A DNA stretch of 52,926 bases, filler included, from Dimargaris cristalligena (taxonomy: Eukaryota), in the NCBI GenBank assembly GCA_003614675.1. It is 3 parts of 3 records of this genome, joined end to end, with 100 filler letters (N's around TTAATTAATTAA, not from the genome) between each part and the next. Parts side by side here need not be neighbours in the genome. Positions count along the whole stretch, not along the records: positions 1 to 17,621 come from ML002796.1; 2 more parts are not named here. One strand, 5' to 3'. The position numbers and the translations under genes are program-made. Below are positions 1 to 12,300 of this stretch, piece by piece (within the stretch, counting starts at the first letter, position 1; each line of letters starts with the position of its first letter). A model generated the notes under the pieces. That model worked only from the letters and a program-made list of their open reading frames with translations. It was not told the DNA's origin and did no database searches.

Positions 1-960
1 CTCCCCCTTGCTGCTACCTCTTGGAACAGTAAGTCTATCATCACCTTTCCCTTTTTATCACCTATCTTTTTAAATAAAGTTCAGTTTTCAAGGATTTAAG
101 TTCAGTTCTTTATAGATAGTATATATATAGGGTGAGTAGATTGAGGCTGCTTACTACTGATATAAGCCAATAGTCACCATGGTAAGAGCCACTCTGACTT
201 TGAGGGCAGTACCAGATAAGGCATTACTGTACCAATTCTTCACAACTGAAGGAAATTATTGGATAAAGGACTTGGGCTACCTTTTTTGGTAGGACAATGT
301 ACCAATATTGTAATGAAGTGATATCCTGAAGGGCAAGGAACTGCCTTAAAAGGGCTTGACTGCAAGTCTAAAAGTAGAATGATTCAATGGAATGCAACAG
401 CCATAGTTGGCTGAAATATATTTCCTGATGACTGGGAGAAAATGAAGTTGTTTGTAAGTAACTTACAAATTTACTAAACATGGAATTGTCTGTTTGTTAG
501 TCCATACCAATGTACTGCCAATACCCCACTTTCCACCTCCACAAAGCCCATGTAAACACCCCACCATCCAGGAAATGGGGGATACATTTGTCTGTTATGG
601 GCATACATAACCCTATCTAAATAGGCTAGTCTAATTGCACTTATATGACCAACATAGCCAATCACACTGTTTATAAATAAATGGGTCATTGATATGAGTG
701 GTCAAACTTTTACATTTGTGAGTGGGCTGCTTTTAATTAGCAACAATTTGATTGTAAATTGGTTGATGAATCTTAGACCGGACTGTTCTGGTGTATTTTA
801 AAGGTATCAGTTAATGATTTGTAACTAAAAGTAAAGGTATTATATCCCTAGGGTTAAACCAGCCAGATTCTGTGGACAGATTTGGGTATTTTGGTTATAC
901 CCATCACCATAGTCAATGTGGTTGATTAAATGACTAGGTCATTGAGAATTTGCACTAATG
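1..960. mobile_element. Degenerate, CpG-depleted repeat or transposon relic (family unassigned)
   Basis: Almost no CG dinucleotides over about 960 nt (first one I see is near 779), AT-rich, only short stop-riddled ORFs. Same compositional signature as the retroelement relics at 22.5-26 kb. Confidence 0.35.
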
Positions 961-1358
961 TCTCAAGTTGGCACTATATTGGCTATCGAACGTAGCATTA
1001 AATATAAACACAATTACCTATTGTGGACCCCCCCTTCTCCGTTACTTAATAACCTGCTTATCCTAAACTGTAATCTGATTTAGCTAACGAACAGGCTAGC
1101 TTTGGTCAGCCGCTGTATATAGCACGTGATGAATTATTTGACCATAACCAGACATACTTGGGGGAAAAGAACCTCATAATGATAGCTCTGGAATCACTAA
1201 GGTCCTATAGAGAAGTGCGCGTTCAAATGAATGGAGCTTTAAGTTGGTTGGGTGACTTTGAACTCCGTGATTGGGCCACCTACCTTTACCTCTTTGGACG
1301 ACTGACATAGCCCATGACCCAATTCGCCGCATAAACCTTCGTATATTTGACCTCAACC

Positions 1359-2162
1359 ATGTCTTTTTCAACGGCCGTTCTTCATAATTGCATGAAACCG
1401 AATTCGACACGGGCCATTCGGCGTCACCCCAAGTCAACCACGGCCCGGATTGGGACTCGCTGGCATGGCACTTCGGCCAAAGCCAAAAAGAGTAAGTAGC
1501 ACCCCCCTCCGAACCCTATGCCAGTCTACCGTGCCGGAAATGCACAGCCCAATCTATTCGCCGGCATTGTCCCACGTCGCCCCCCCTCCCATTGACCCCA
1601 CCATCGTTAAGGCATGTAATTAATGGTGACTTCTAACTTCTTCCTAACCTGGCTTATATACCACCTGTTTCCGGCACCACTACTCGTTCATTTAGGTGCG
1701 GACAGTCGAACCCGACCATGCGACTCGAATACGCCTTTAAACCCCGGTGAAATTATGCTCTCGTCGCCTCTTCCCGTGTCCCAATGCCGGTTGACCAAAT
1801 TCTATCAACCACCCGATGAAACTCCCGCCCAACAGGCGTATCGCGAGCTCCGGGAACAGGCCGTGGAGTTCCACCGGGACTTTTGGCACCAAGAAAACGG
1901 TCGATTTGAGGCGAATCGGGCCGTCTATAAGGGGACCCAACAACATACTGACACTGCCACCCATACTAGTGCGATGGGCGAAGGGGCGCCAGCAACGGCC
2001 AGTGAGGCGGTGGACATGGGCCCATTTTACCAGGACTATTTGGAACAGGCGTACCAGCGACATTTGAAATATAATCGAATCTGGTGGGGCATGAACCTCC
2101 AGATGGTGGGCCTCGGGATCCGGGCCTCTCTATCTCGGTGGTTCCGCAATAGCTGCTTCTAA
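1359..2162 (+). CDS. COA8: COA8/APOPT1-family (DUF2315) cytochrome c oxidase assembly factor; exons 1359-1491 and 1696-2162
   Basis: Exon 2 motifs PVSQCRLTKFYQPPDETP..YRELREQAVEFHRDFWHQENGRF and MGPFYQDYL..AYQRHLKYNRIWW match the COA8 pattern. Exon 1 (MSFSTAVLHNCMKPNSTRAIRRHPK...) is basic with no acidic residues, like a mitochondrial presequence. GTAAGT donor at 1492 and TTTAG acceptor at 1695 are both phase 1. Confidence 0.85.
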
Positions 2163-2209
2163 TCAGCCAGGTTAAATTTAGATTTCCATTTGATTGCAGT
2201 ATTTCGTTC

Positions 2210-2254
<45 letters not shown>

Positions 2255-2266
2255 TACTATTATTAT
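2210..2266. repeat. (TAT)n microsatellite, slightly interrupted
   Basis: Directly visible trinucleotide run 3' of COA8. Confidence 0.95.
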
Positions 2267-4228
2267 ACTTTGTATTTACATATAAATCAGCTGGTATAAC
2301 AACCATTGGTATTGGCAACCTGGGGGTAAGGAGGGGCATAGGAGGCGCCTTACTGGGTTTATTAATAGATAAGCACTAGGGGGACCATGTGATAAATGGT
2401 TAGAGGAGATGTGCACTGTGGTAGTGGGTACAGATTCAGACATTTGGAATGATAAGAGAGGGTTCGCTAGAGAGTGTTGAGGATAGTCGGTTTAACTATG
2501 TTGTGCATAAGGTTTTGGATACCCTTTCCTTGGTGCACACAGTGGAGGTGTGCGTTTGGATGCCGAAGGGGGGGGGGCAGAGAGGGGAGAGGATCGTCCC
2601 CCAGCGAATTAGCTCGAAAGGCCGGTGGTCACATGGGCATTATTCGTAAGGCTGGTTGGTCTCATTGATGGACCACCACATTCATAGAAGATAGGTGGCG
2701 GATAATATCCGACTGCATGCTAATGGGGGAAGTGAGGGGGGGGGAGGCCACAGGAGTTGCCAAAATTAAGCTGGTAAATCGGCATATTGAGATGGGGGGT
2801 GTAGATATTTGGCTCATCATTATGTTCAGAGTATGTTTATTTATAGTAGCAGGTAGTGCCCAGAATGGCAATATCGGGTCGGATCAATGACACATTGTCC
2901 ACGGTAGCCTGCTTTTATATATTGCGTCAGGTCACCATGTAGGGGGATAGAAGTGTCCTTAACCGCCCCAACTATATCTTAAAGATGCGTTGTTACGAAT
3001 CGTTATAGGGGAAGCCTGCGGACGCAATCCAACCTGGGAAGCCCGGAGGCTAATGCCTCCAAGGACCAAGTCCCAGATAAAGCCGTGTGATATATATATA
3101 TGGGATATCCTATTACTGCTTGTATTTAACTCCGAGGGGGGAGGTGCTGGTCCCGAAATCCAGGGTTAATCTTAAAAACCCAAAAGCAGACCGTTTCGGC
3201 ACTTTTCTGATTGAAATGACGATTAGGTTGGCCAAGCCAAGCACCCCCCAGGAGGTGTCGATATCCCCAGCATTCGCTGAGTCGGGACAACGAAGAAGGA
3301 TCAGCAGCGCTACCCGTGAGTCCAACCCGCTCTGCACAGTACTCGGCTCTGGGGGGCAATCGTTCCTACGACCACTGTTTAATGGCTCCCTCTCTCCTTA
3401 GTGTCTGTTCTTTTTCACCCCACCATCCACTATGGAGATATGGCCCTGACCATATTAAGTGTGACGAGGGGTTTTTAGTTCTCCATCGGCCACTGAATAA
3501 TGTCCGTTTGTTTAGCACTATAGTTTTCCATTGGATTTATTCGGAGTGCAGCCCTCTTTAACCCTCCTCCTTCTACATTTATCGATGATATAGAGCGCTT
3601 CGTGGATACTGCCAGAGCCTCTTCCTCTTCCCTTTCCTTATTCCCTACCGTGTGTGGTTCCACCTTGTTGTTACCCGCGCCATTCCTATTGTGTTGTCTT
3701 TTTCTATAGTGCTTTGCCCTTCCCTTAACTACTCATCCACCGATAAACCCACCGTAGCCCGTTCCAGTACTTGGCCCCTTGTCTTCTCTCTACATCCCGA
3801 CTTGGTCCTACAGCCGGCTAGCCTTTTAAACCATAACGCTTGCCAACCCCCTCCCCCCCCCCCGCATCTCGCCACTCTCTTCAACCCCTTACCGTACCAC
3901 CACAGTACCTCTCCCACTTTGAGCCACTACTTCTAAGAGCGTATCTCTCTCTCTCTGACTTCTCACCTCCTTCATTCACGTTGGTGAAAGTGTGTATAAG
4001 CCCCAGTGCCGGGTGGCCCAAGCCCACCTTTTTCTCCCGTTCGGTTCGCGCATACATCCACCCCCTCTCTTTCTACCCACTTCTTCAGCTTACTATTTAT
4101 TTTCATTCTCCTTCCTTCGTTTAACACCACACCCATTCCTTCACTGTTGAGTGTTGCTTGGCTTACCTTGTATTTGTACTCCACACCTCCCGACTCCAAC
4201 CTGCCACAGTCCTTCCCCGTTCGCCCGG

Positions 4229-7200
4229 ATGCAAAAATACAATGTCCAATCCACCCTCGGAGAAGGCGCCTTCAGCTCGGTAATCGAGGCCCGCTGTATT
4301 GAGACCGGTGAAGTTGTAAGTCTATCTACTAATAACAGCCTTGTAAAAAGGGGGGAGTTTCACTGCACACTTTGCTGTGCGCCACCACAACCCCTTCCGT
4401 GCACCCGCACCGTAGCCTCGGGCGGGGTTACTACCACCTGCGCCTTCTTGGGTATCTTATAATTTTGGCTAGCACAGCCCGCCTGAACTACGTACCACCC
4501 CGCTATTTTTCCAATAGTCTATCTTGATTGTTACCCCCTGGTTGGTGCAACCTAGGCGTGTGTGCAACTGCCCTGTCCCGGGCCCTCCATTGGCCAATGC
4601 CGCACACCACTAAACAAGAGGATGTGTGGGTATGCGTGGAGAGCAATGGTTAAACAGGCACCTAGTTGTTAGTGGAAAGGGGCTTTAATCGTATAGTTAG
4701 TTAGGTTAGAACAACCCCCCACCAACTGTCGTCAGCCGGTCCAACGGATGATCTACGCCTCCCTCTCCCCAGTTTGCCCACCTATACTTCTCTCCTGTCA
4801 ATTACGACCATGTCAGGTCGAGAGATGCTATAATGTTGATGCCCATTGTCGCCCTGAAATTTAATTGGCTGGGGTGGATGTATTCTACACCTTACCCTGT
4901 TTTTCTCATCGCCCGCGATCTCTCACCGTCCCGTATTTGCCCTTGATTGGTACTTGGTTCATAATCGTAACTAACTAGGTGGCCATCAAGCGCATGAAGA
5001 AACGGCGCTGGAAAGATTCCACAACCGTCAACGAAATCGATGCCCTGAAAAACCTCAAGCACCCCAATATCATTACCCTGAAGGACTCCTTTCGCCAGGA
5101 TTACCGCTTTTTCCTAGTATTTGAGCGCATGGACCAGAATCTATTGCAACTCACTACTAGTCGCAAGAATCGCCCCTTTGGTGAGGACACCATCCGATCC
5201 ATATCGTAAGTACCGTTATTCGACTTGCGGTGGTTCCCATAGCTTGCCATCCGCATACGGCCCTATGCATCCGTAGAATCAATTTCACGCACATTTCTAC
5301 CCCTACATCCCTTTACCTTATTAACCGATGCCTCTACTTTACCCTCTTTACTTTAACTAGCCGCCAAATCCTCGAAGGGGTGGCTTTTATACACGAACAT
5401 GGCTACTTCCACCGAGACCTTAAGCCCGAGAACATCCTCATTACCGGTCTACAGGTCAAGGTGGCCGATTTCGGCCTGGTTCAGCGTCTCGATGACCACC
5501 GGCCCCTGACCAGCTACATCAGTACCCGATGGTTAGTATACCCACTAGTTCTTCCTTTTTATTATTTTATTTTTTAGACTCGTCCCGTCTCCTCAACCTT
5601 TCACATTTCCAAATCAATACCCCCCATGGCCATCCCTAACCCCTTTTATGGTATCCCTTGCTGGCCCACCCCCTTGAACCATACCCCTCTCCCAGGTACC
5701 GTGCGCCTGAAATTCTTCTACAATGCGACCGTTACTCATCACCCATCGACCTGTGGGCTGTGGGCGCGATTCTGGCGGAGGTCATTATGGTGCGGCCCTT
5801 GTTCCCCGGCAAGAACCAGATGGACCAACTCCACCGCATCTTCAAAGTTATGGGCTCCCCGAATCTCAGTCATGGGACGGGTGGCATCTGGTATGAAGGG
5901 GCGCTGCAGGCTAAACATTTGGGGGTGTGTTTCATCGATATTCCGGCCACGGGTCTATCCAAGATCATCCCCAACGCGTCCCCCGAAATGCTCAGTTTAC
6001 TAGAGCATCTACTCGTTCTCAAACCCGAGAATCGAGTAACCGCCCGACGGGCCCTACAGTTGCCTGTATTCCGTGGCTCGCGCTCTTTCGCCTCCCCCGG
6101 CCAAATTGCTGTCCGTCGTCAGAAGCTCCTGTCCCCCATTATGCTGCCGGCGACCGCCAAACCCTTGGCATCTCGCTGCACCCCCTTCGAACCACTGCCT
6201 AGCAGTAAACCCCTCTCGCCGTTCCATCTACCGGAAATCAGCAATATAGCCAGCCCCCTGCTGAAGGCGGAACCGAAACCCCAAATCTCCATGGACATCA
6301 GTATATCTCCGCTGGCCGTTCAGGTTCCGACAACTGCTTCCCCTGTGGAAACCATCACCACCAACATTACTGTGGAGCCCCGAATATTCCCTCTCACCCC
6401 CACCGGGGTTGAATCGAACCCCTTCATTGTCCCGTACATGCGAGTGTCGACGCCGTTTTCCACCGCTGTACCTGCCCGGAATGTACGCCGTCGGTCCAGT
6501 ACGTACAGTGCCCTCACCTCAACCAACCCTGCGCCGTCACCGCGGCTGCGATTACGTAAGTCGGTCCGCAAGGCCTCTGGTTCCATGATGCTTCGGCGGC
6601 GTTCCTCAGTCTCATCCATGTCCCTTAACGTACGTCATTCGCGGAGCTCCATGCGGGATTTCCAGCACGCCGTGGTTACAACCACGACCATCGCCCAACT
6701 GCCGAATGACCTCCCGAATTGCTCCTTCTCGGTGGATTGGGTCGACCAGGTCGAGGCACTGACCGATCACAGCGAATGCCATGATATTGCAACGACGCTT
6801 GGTCCCACGGGTGGGGAAAAACGGTCAACTCCACCCCAAACCGCCACGCTCAAGACCCCCCTCTCAGCCGAAATGGCACCCCCCGTTGTTTCCGAGCAAC
6901 CCACACCAATCGCTCAAAAGGAAGAGATACCGATTGGGCAAAGTCCTATATCCCCCGATATACTGTCCGTAAAAGAACCCGGGTTTACTCTCCGTCCTCT
7001 GTCACTGCTGGCGCCGCTAACCCTACAGCCCATTTTTTCTAGTACCCAGCGGCTGTCCGATTCTTCACCGGGTAAATCCAGTAGCATGATAAGTCCCACT
7101 AGCCCCGAGCCTATGAACCTTCGGCCGAGTCTACATGAAACACCCATAGAGTCGCCGACCTCACCCACCCAGGCGCCTCCGCCAGATGCGCTTAACCATA

Positions 7201-9332
7201 AGATGGCTCGCTCTCTGACTCGTGGCCGAAGCCAGTCGTTGTTTGACAGTGCCCGGGCCCCCCAATTGCGAACTAAACCTACCCGCCTTCCTCTTAATGG
7301 GGTTTTCCCGGAGACTGTTGACGAGGATTTTAGTGAGTATGACGACGATGCCACTAGTACCACTACTGGGCAGTCCGGAAAGCACAATCGGGTGCCATCC
7401 CACCTAGGATCCCGCCCTCAGACGGACCATGGTCTCTCTGAGTGCAATGGTGTGGCTCCCACCGCCCTAGCCACTGGTTCTTCTACGGCCAATCCTCCTA
7501 AATCAGGTTCCAAGCCTCCGACCAGTACTCACCCCGACTTGGACCTTCAGTGTACTTTCCCCACATTGCAGCGCAGTCGATCCAAGACCTTCTCCTTTCT
7601 GCGGTATCCCAAAAATTCCTGTCAAATTGATATCCTTGACACTGGATTTACGACCAGTCTCTGGGACGACCTTAACGAGGAACTTCAGCGCCGCTCGGTC
7701 CATGACCCTGATATAGCGGAGGAAACCACCCTGGTGGCGACTTCCGCTACGGGACTTCCCTCTGACCCCAGTCCTCGAGGAAGTGGCAGTGGGTCCGACC
7801 TACTGGTTCAGGATAGTTTTGAATCGTTCCTAGTAGAGCAGGTCTCCCGACTGGAGTCCCAGGAATCTATGGAGCGAGTGACCCCCACGTTCATTTTGCA
7901 ACCGTCGCCCACTTCTGCGACGGCGCTGAATGGTAGTGCGGCAACTAACTCCAGCACTAAACCAAATCCGGCACCCCCAACTCCACCCAAAGCTCCCGAA
8001 AAATCCCGCTGGCGGCCCATTGTCTCGCCCATTGACCAGAGTGCCCCTAAACCCCGCCGCCGGCCCAGTAAACGGGCCTTAGATACCCCAGCGCATCCAC
8101 CCAATTCGACCAGCTCGCCACCTTCCAACTCGAAAGCCAGTGAATCGTTCAAGTCCGCCGAGTTGCCGGGTAACGCCAGTAACGGTCGACAGTCCCGACG
8201 CTCCAATGTCTTCCATGCCCTCAAGGCTGCCTTTCGCACCACTGACTTAAGTCCCGCCCTCGACCAGCGCCAGCGCCTGGATGCATCAACTGCCACCCCC
8301 ACCCGGGGTTCCCAGCGCACCCCTCCACCCCGGATGGTCCCCCCCACCCCTCTGGCCGGCTACCGGGTAAGTTTGGATGAATCGGGAATATCCCAGGGCG
8401 GGATTTATGGGAAATTCGCCACCACCGCTGCCCCCACTTCCCGAACTGATCCGCTTACCCCTTTGGACACCACTGCTGCCGTTCGTCAGATATTAGGGAT
8501 CGGAGACACTATCCCCGAAGTCGACGAAAGCCCCAGCCAGTCGACATTTCCAGCCGGACAGCCCCTAGCTAATTCTAGACTTACTCTGCGTCGAGTTAGT
8601 CAGCCCCAGAAGAAGAAATCCGGGCAAAGCACGACCACTGATCACTCGGAAGACTCCTCCCCCCCCTCCTACCAGTCGCCCCCATCCGCTTCCACTGCCA
8701 ATACCCCGGGCCTCAAACAACGCAAATCCTCCATGTGGTTCGGCAAATACTTCCAGCGCTCCAAAACCTCGCATGGTACCTCGATTTCCCTCCTAGAAGA
8801 GGTGTTCCCCCCCAGCTTCCCCCTTCGTCGCCAGAGTATGGAGGACGGTGGGGATCGAAGCAGCACCCGTACCACCGCGGCATCGGCACCTCGCCGCCCA
8901 CTTACTCACTTCTCCCAAGGCCTGACTATGCCGGATACGGTGGTCGATGCGGCCATATTGGGAATAGCCATTGACCCGCCGCTAAGTCCATCCCTATCGG
9001 GCAATCTGGTACAAGACCACGATAACCCCCAATTAGGCCGTTACGGAACCCCCAGACGTTCCATGACTAGTCTCGCTCCGCTCTCCACCGAATCTTTGGG
9101 CCCCTTGTCATTGGTTTACAACCACCTTTCCGTGGGAGGTCCGCCACTCTCGCCCGATGATTGTAGCCAACCTTACCCCCACCGCCGCCATCTCTCACAA
9201 CAGCATCAAAACCAACAGCAGCAACAACAACAATCCCATCATTACCAAGCTAGACCGGGCCCTGGGGGTGACCCTCGGGTCAAAACACGATCGCCCCGCT
9301 CCAGTCCCCACCTGTCACTCTTGTGTATTTAA
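4229..9332 (+). CDS. Ime2/MAK/ICK-family (RCK) Ser/Thr kinase, about 1373 aa; exons 4229-4315, 4979-5205, 5361-5531, 5696-9332
   Basis: [32 protein letters not shown] and DFGLV...[14 protein letters not shown] across four exons with phase-compatible GT-AG introns (phases 0, 2, 2). TxY activation motif. Long S/P/T-rich C-terminus. Confidence 0.9.
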
Positions 9333-12300
9333 GGCATTTCATTCACCGTGCTTACACAGCTAGGCTCAATGGGGGTTCTGCCGAAGACTACGCCCTACTA
9401 TTTGGCTGTTATTTACTTTCATTGGTATTAACGGTTGCGCGCATCGTGATTATGGTCACCAATTTTTGCATCTAATTCTAAACCCCATTGTACGATTATC
9501 TTAATTAATTATTATTCTTATTTTTTATATCCTCCGTCTCAATCTTACTCATTTTTATCGATCCGACCATTCGTAATTTCCCTCATTTTATACAATATCA
9601 TACAAACTAATATTTACACATTTTATTCTTGGAGTTGGTCTCATTGATAAGTGCTTCTTTTTTTGTTTTACTGCTACTATTTAATTTCCTGGAGCTGAGG
9701 TGGTAGTAATACGGATGTTCCAAAGAGAGCTACCCGAATGGCTTATGGTCTGGTTTTCCCGAATTTCCGCTCCCTTGGTCGTCGTCAATACTTCAGTATT
9801 ATGGTTGATAGTTGGTTGCCGCTCAAGGCAGTAATTTTATGGTTATTGGGTAAATATGTGTTATTTCACACTTCGTTATTTATTTTTGCATTTCGGATTT
9901 ACGGTGCAGTTACATTAATCATATTTTTATTTTGGGAGGGTATTATTCGGCCCCTCTTTTAGATCCACCCCTCCCCTTTTCCTTTTTCTCCCTCCCAGAC
10001 GACAACGGATCCTAGTGTGACTGTCACTATCGAATGATATTTTTTGGTAAAGCTCCAAGGCGGTATATTGCGTAAAAGATGGTCTGACAAGATAAATGTC
10101 GCCTTTTCTCAACTACTCAGTTCGACCGATTAGTACACATGTTTGATTAATCAATAAAGATATGTGATTTGGTGAACTACTTTTGTTTCTTAGTTTTTAT
10201 TTTTTGGGACGGTGGGTTTAGTGGCTCTAATTAGGTATTCCCTGGGTGACTACTACTACGAGAATTGAAGTTCAGTGTTGCAACATGGACATGGTCCCGG
10301 TACAACTTGGCCGCCCGTGTTAGAAATATACATTCGAATCAGACGGTCATAAATGACCCGGAGTGCGTGGATTAACTGGTCAGGAACCCCGTTGGGACGC
10401 GCGGAGGAAGGATGACAAATGTACACAAAATTTGGCGCACTTTTCCAACACCGGATGGCTTGCATTACATTGCACAATCCATTACAACAAAAAAACACAT
10501 ACGCCCCTTATATATATATATATATATATATATTTAGTAATAATACCTTTGAGGTAATTTTAATAATTTGCGATTTTTCTTTGGACCCGTTTAGCCACGC
10601 ATAGTATGATGGTAAAGGGGGTGGAGTAGAGTGGAGTGGAGAGGGCGGACTTTTTATGTATGTCACCTATCCATACACCCCCACCGCCCTCCCTTTCTAT
10701 CACACACACCCGAAGAAGAAGAAGAAAAAATAAGTTGAAAGGAAAACGGCACTTATTGCAAAACCAAGTATGTAGAATGTGACAATTTCCATAAATGGAA
10801 GGTGTGGGAGCACAGGAGCAGAAGAGAGCGAGAGAATAAATTAAATCACATAAAATAGAATGACGAGTAACCAAGGAGGAAATGTCGTTTGGATCATGCT
10901 CAAGTAACCTGTTCCTGAATCGCCACCAATAGCACCGTTAAAGGCAGAGCGTCTTAATTTTATAATTAAATAGCATCCTATGTATATATATATATATATA
11001 TATTTAACCTTGTGGGTTGTTTATAAACAAGTTTACTGTATGAGTTATGGACCGCTCAATAATATATAAACGGTTGTTGTTTGACCTAAGAACATTGAAA
11101 GGAATGGGAGAGCGGGGTATTTTATTTATTTTTTTGGATTTTTTTAAATAAGGTTTATTAACGAGGTACTCACGGCGTGGTGTCGGTGGTACCGTTTCAT
11201 CTTTTAAGTCCCGAATGCGGTACAGGCGGGCTTCTAATCAAGTCGGCGAATACTGCATCACCTCTCCCCCAGATACATACACACATACACATACGCTCCC
11301 TCTAGTCCCATCCCGTCCGGTTATACTTCATTATCGTACTTGGGTATGGGGTTGAAGGATCTTGGGGACATGAGGACTTCGGATGGACGCCATAAAGAGA
11401 GGGATATGTATGTTGGTCTAACCATCATTTCGGGTGCTGATTACCATCGACTAGCCAGTTTGTGGGGTAGCAGGTCGCGGGAGTAGGGGGGAGGATGGAG
11501 GGGCTCTGTTCAGACCCCGATTTAAAATGTCAATTAACAGACCCGGTATTTAGTATTATATTTTCGGTAGTATTGCTACGGTATATACGTAGGAGAGAAA
11601 GGGAAGGGGAAGGGAGGAAGTAACTGAATCAAGATAATTCACTGGCGCTGGTCCTAGGTATTCTGCCAATTATACTACTACATTCTCGCTTTATTCAGTT
11701 GCCCGGCCGAATGACGACAGCCACAGGAACCTCTTCAGGAGCCGCCGGGGCCTTGTATAGGTGATGGGGGTGGTCCATTGGGCTACAGATCTCCCTGACT
11801 CACGGCGGACATGATCAGGATCTAATTATAGTGAGCCGCTTGCCCCAGTGGGTAGGTGGGTGCTGGGTCATGTATATTAACAAAACACATATATATATAT
11901 ATATGTATATGAATAAACGGAAGGCGGCCGAGTGGGGAGAGTAATTATAACCAACATGCCAGCGAGGGAGAAGGAGAGGGAGTAGTATAGATACAGGAAA
12001 TCCCAAAATAGTAATGCCAGAGCTAGGTACAACAGCCCTGGTGAGTATCCGTTAGAGAATGGGCTACTACTGCTGCTATACGGGGAGTCCCCGCCATCCT
12101 TGTTCGCTACTGACTCTCACTCTCCATTCGATGTAAGACCAGTTCGGTCCGCCAGTTGACCGACTACCCCTTTCATCTACCATGTCCGTCCATTCAACTC
12201 ACTTCTCCCATTCACCTGCGGGATTCTATAGATCTCGCATATTCACTTCGTTTAAGCCAGGTCCCACCCCCCATTGTTCTTTTACCGGTGATTGTTTTAA

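Noticed and set aside
425-445. CTGATGA...GAAA hammerhead-like core (also CTGATGAG at 52872)
   Set aside because: No stem II pairing here, and no downstream GAAA or flanking stems at 52872.
2194-2379. Poly-Leu membrane-like ORF
   Set aside because: Product of the (TAT)n microsatellite.
5927-8974. Many overlapping or antisense ORFs inside the kinase (likewise inside the GPCR, CDC37, VPS9 and Prx genes)
   Set aside because: Expected shadows of GC-rich, codon-biased coding sequence; no motifs.
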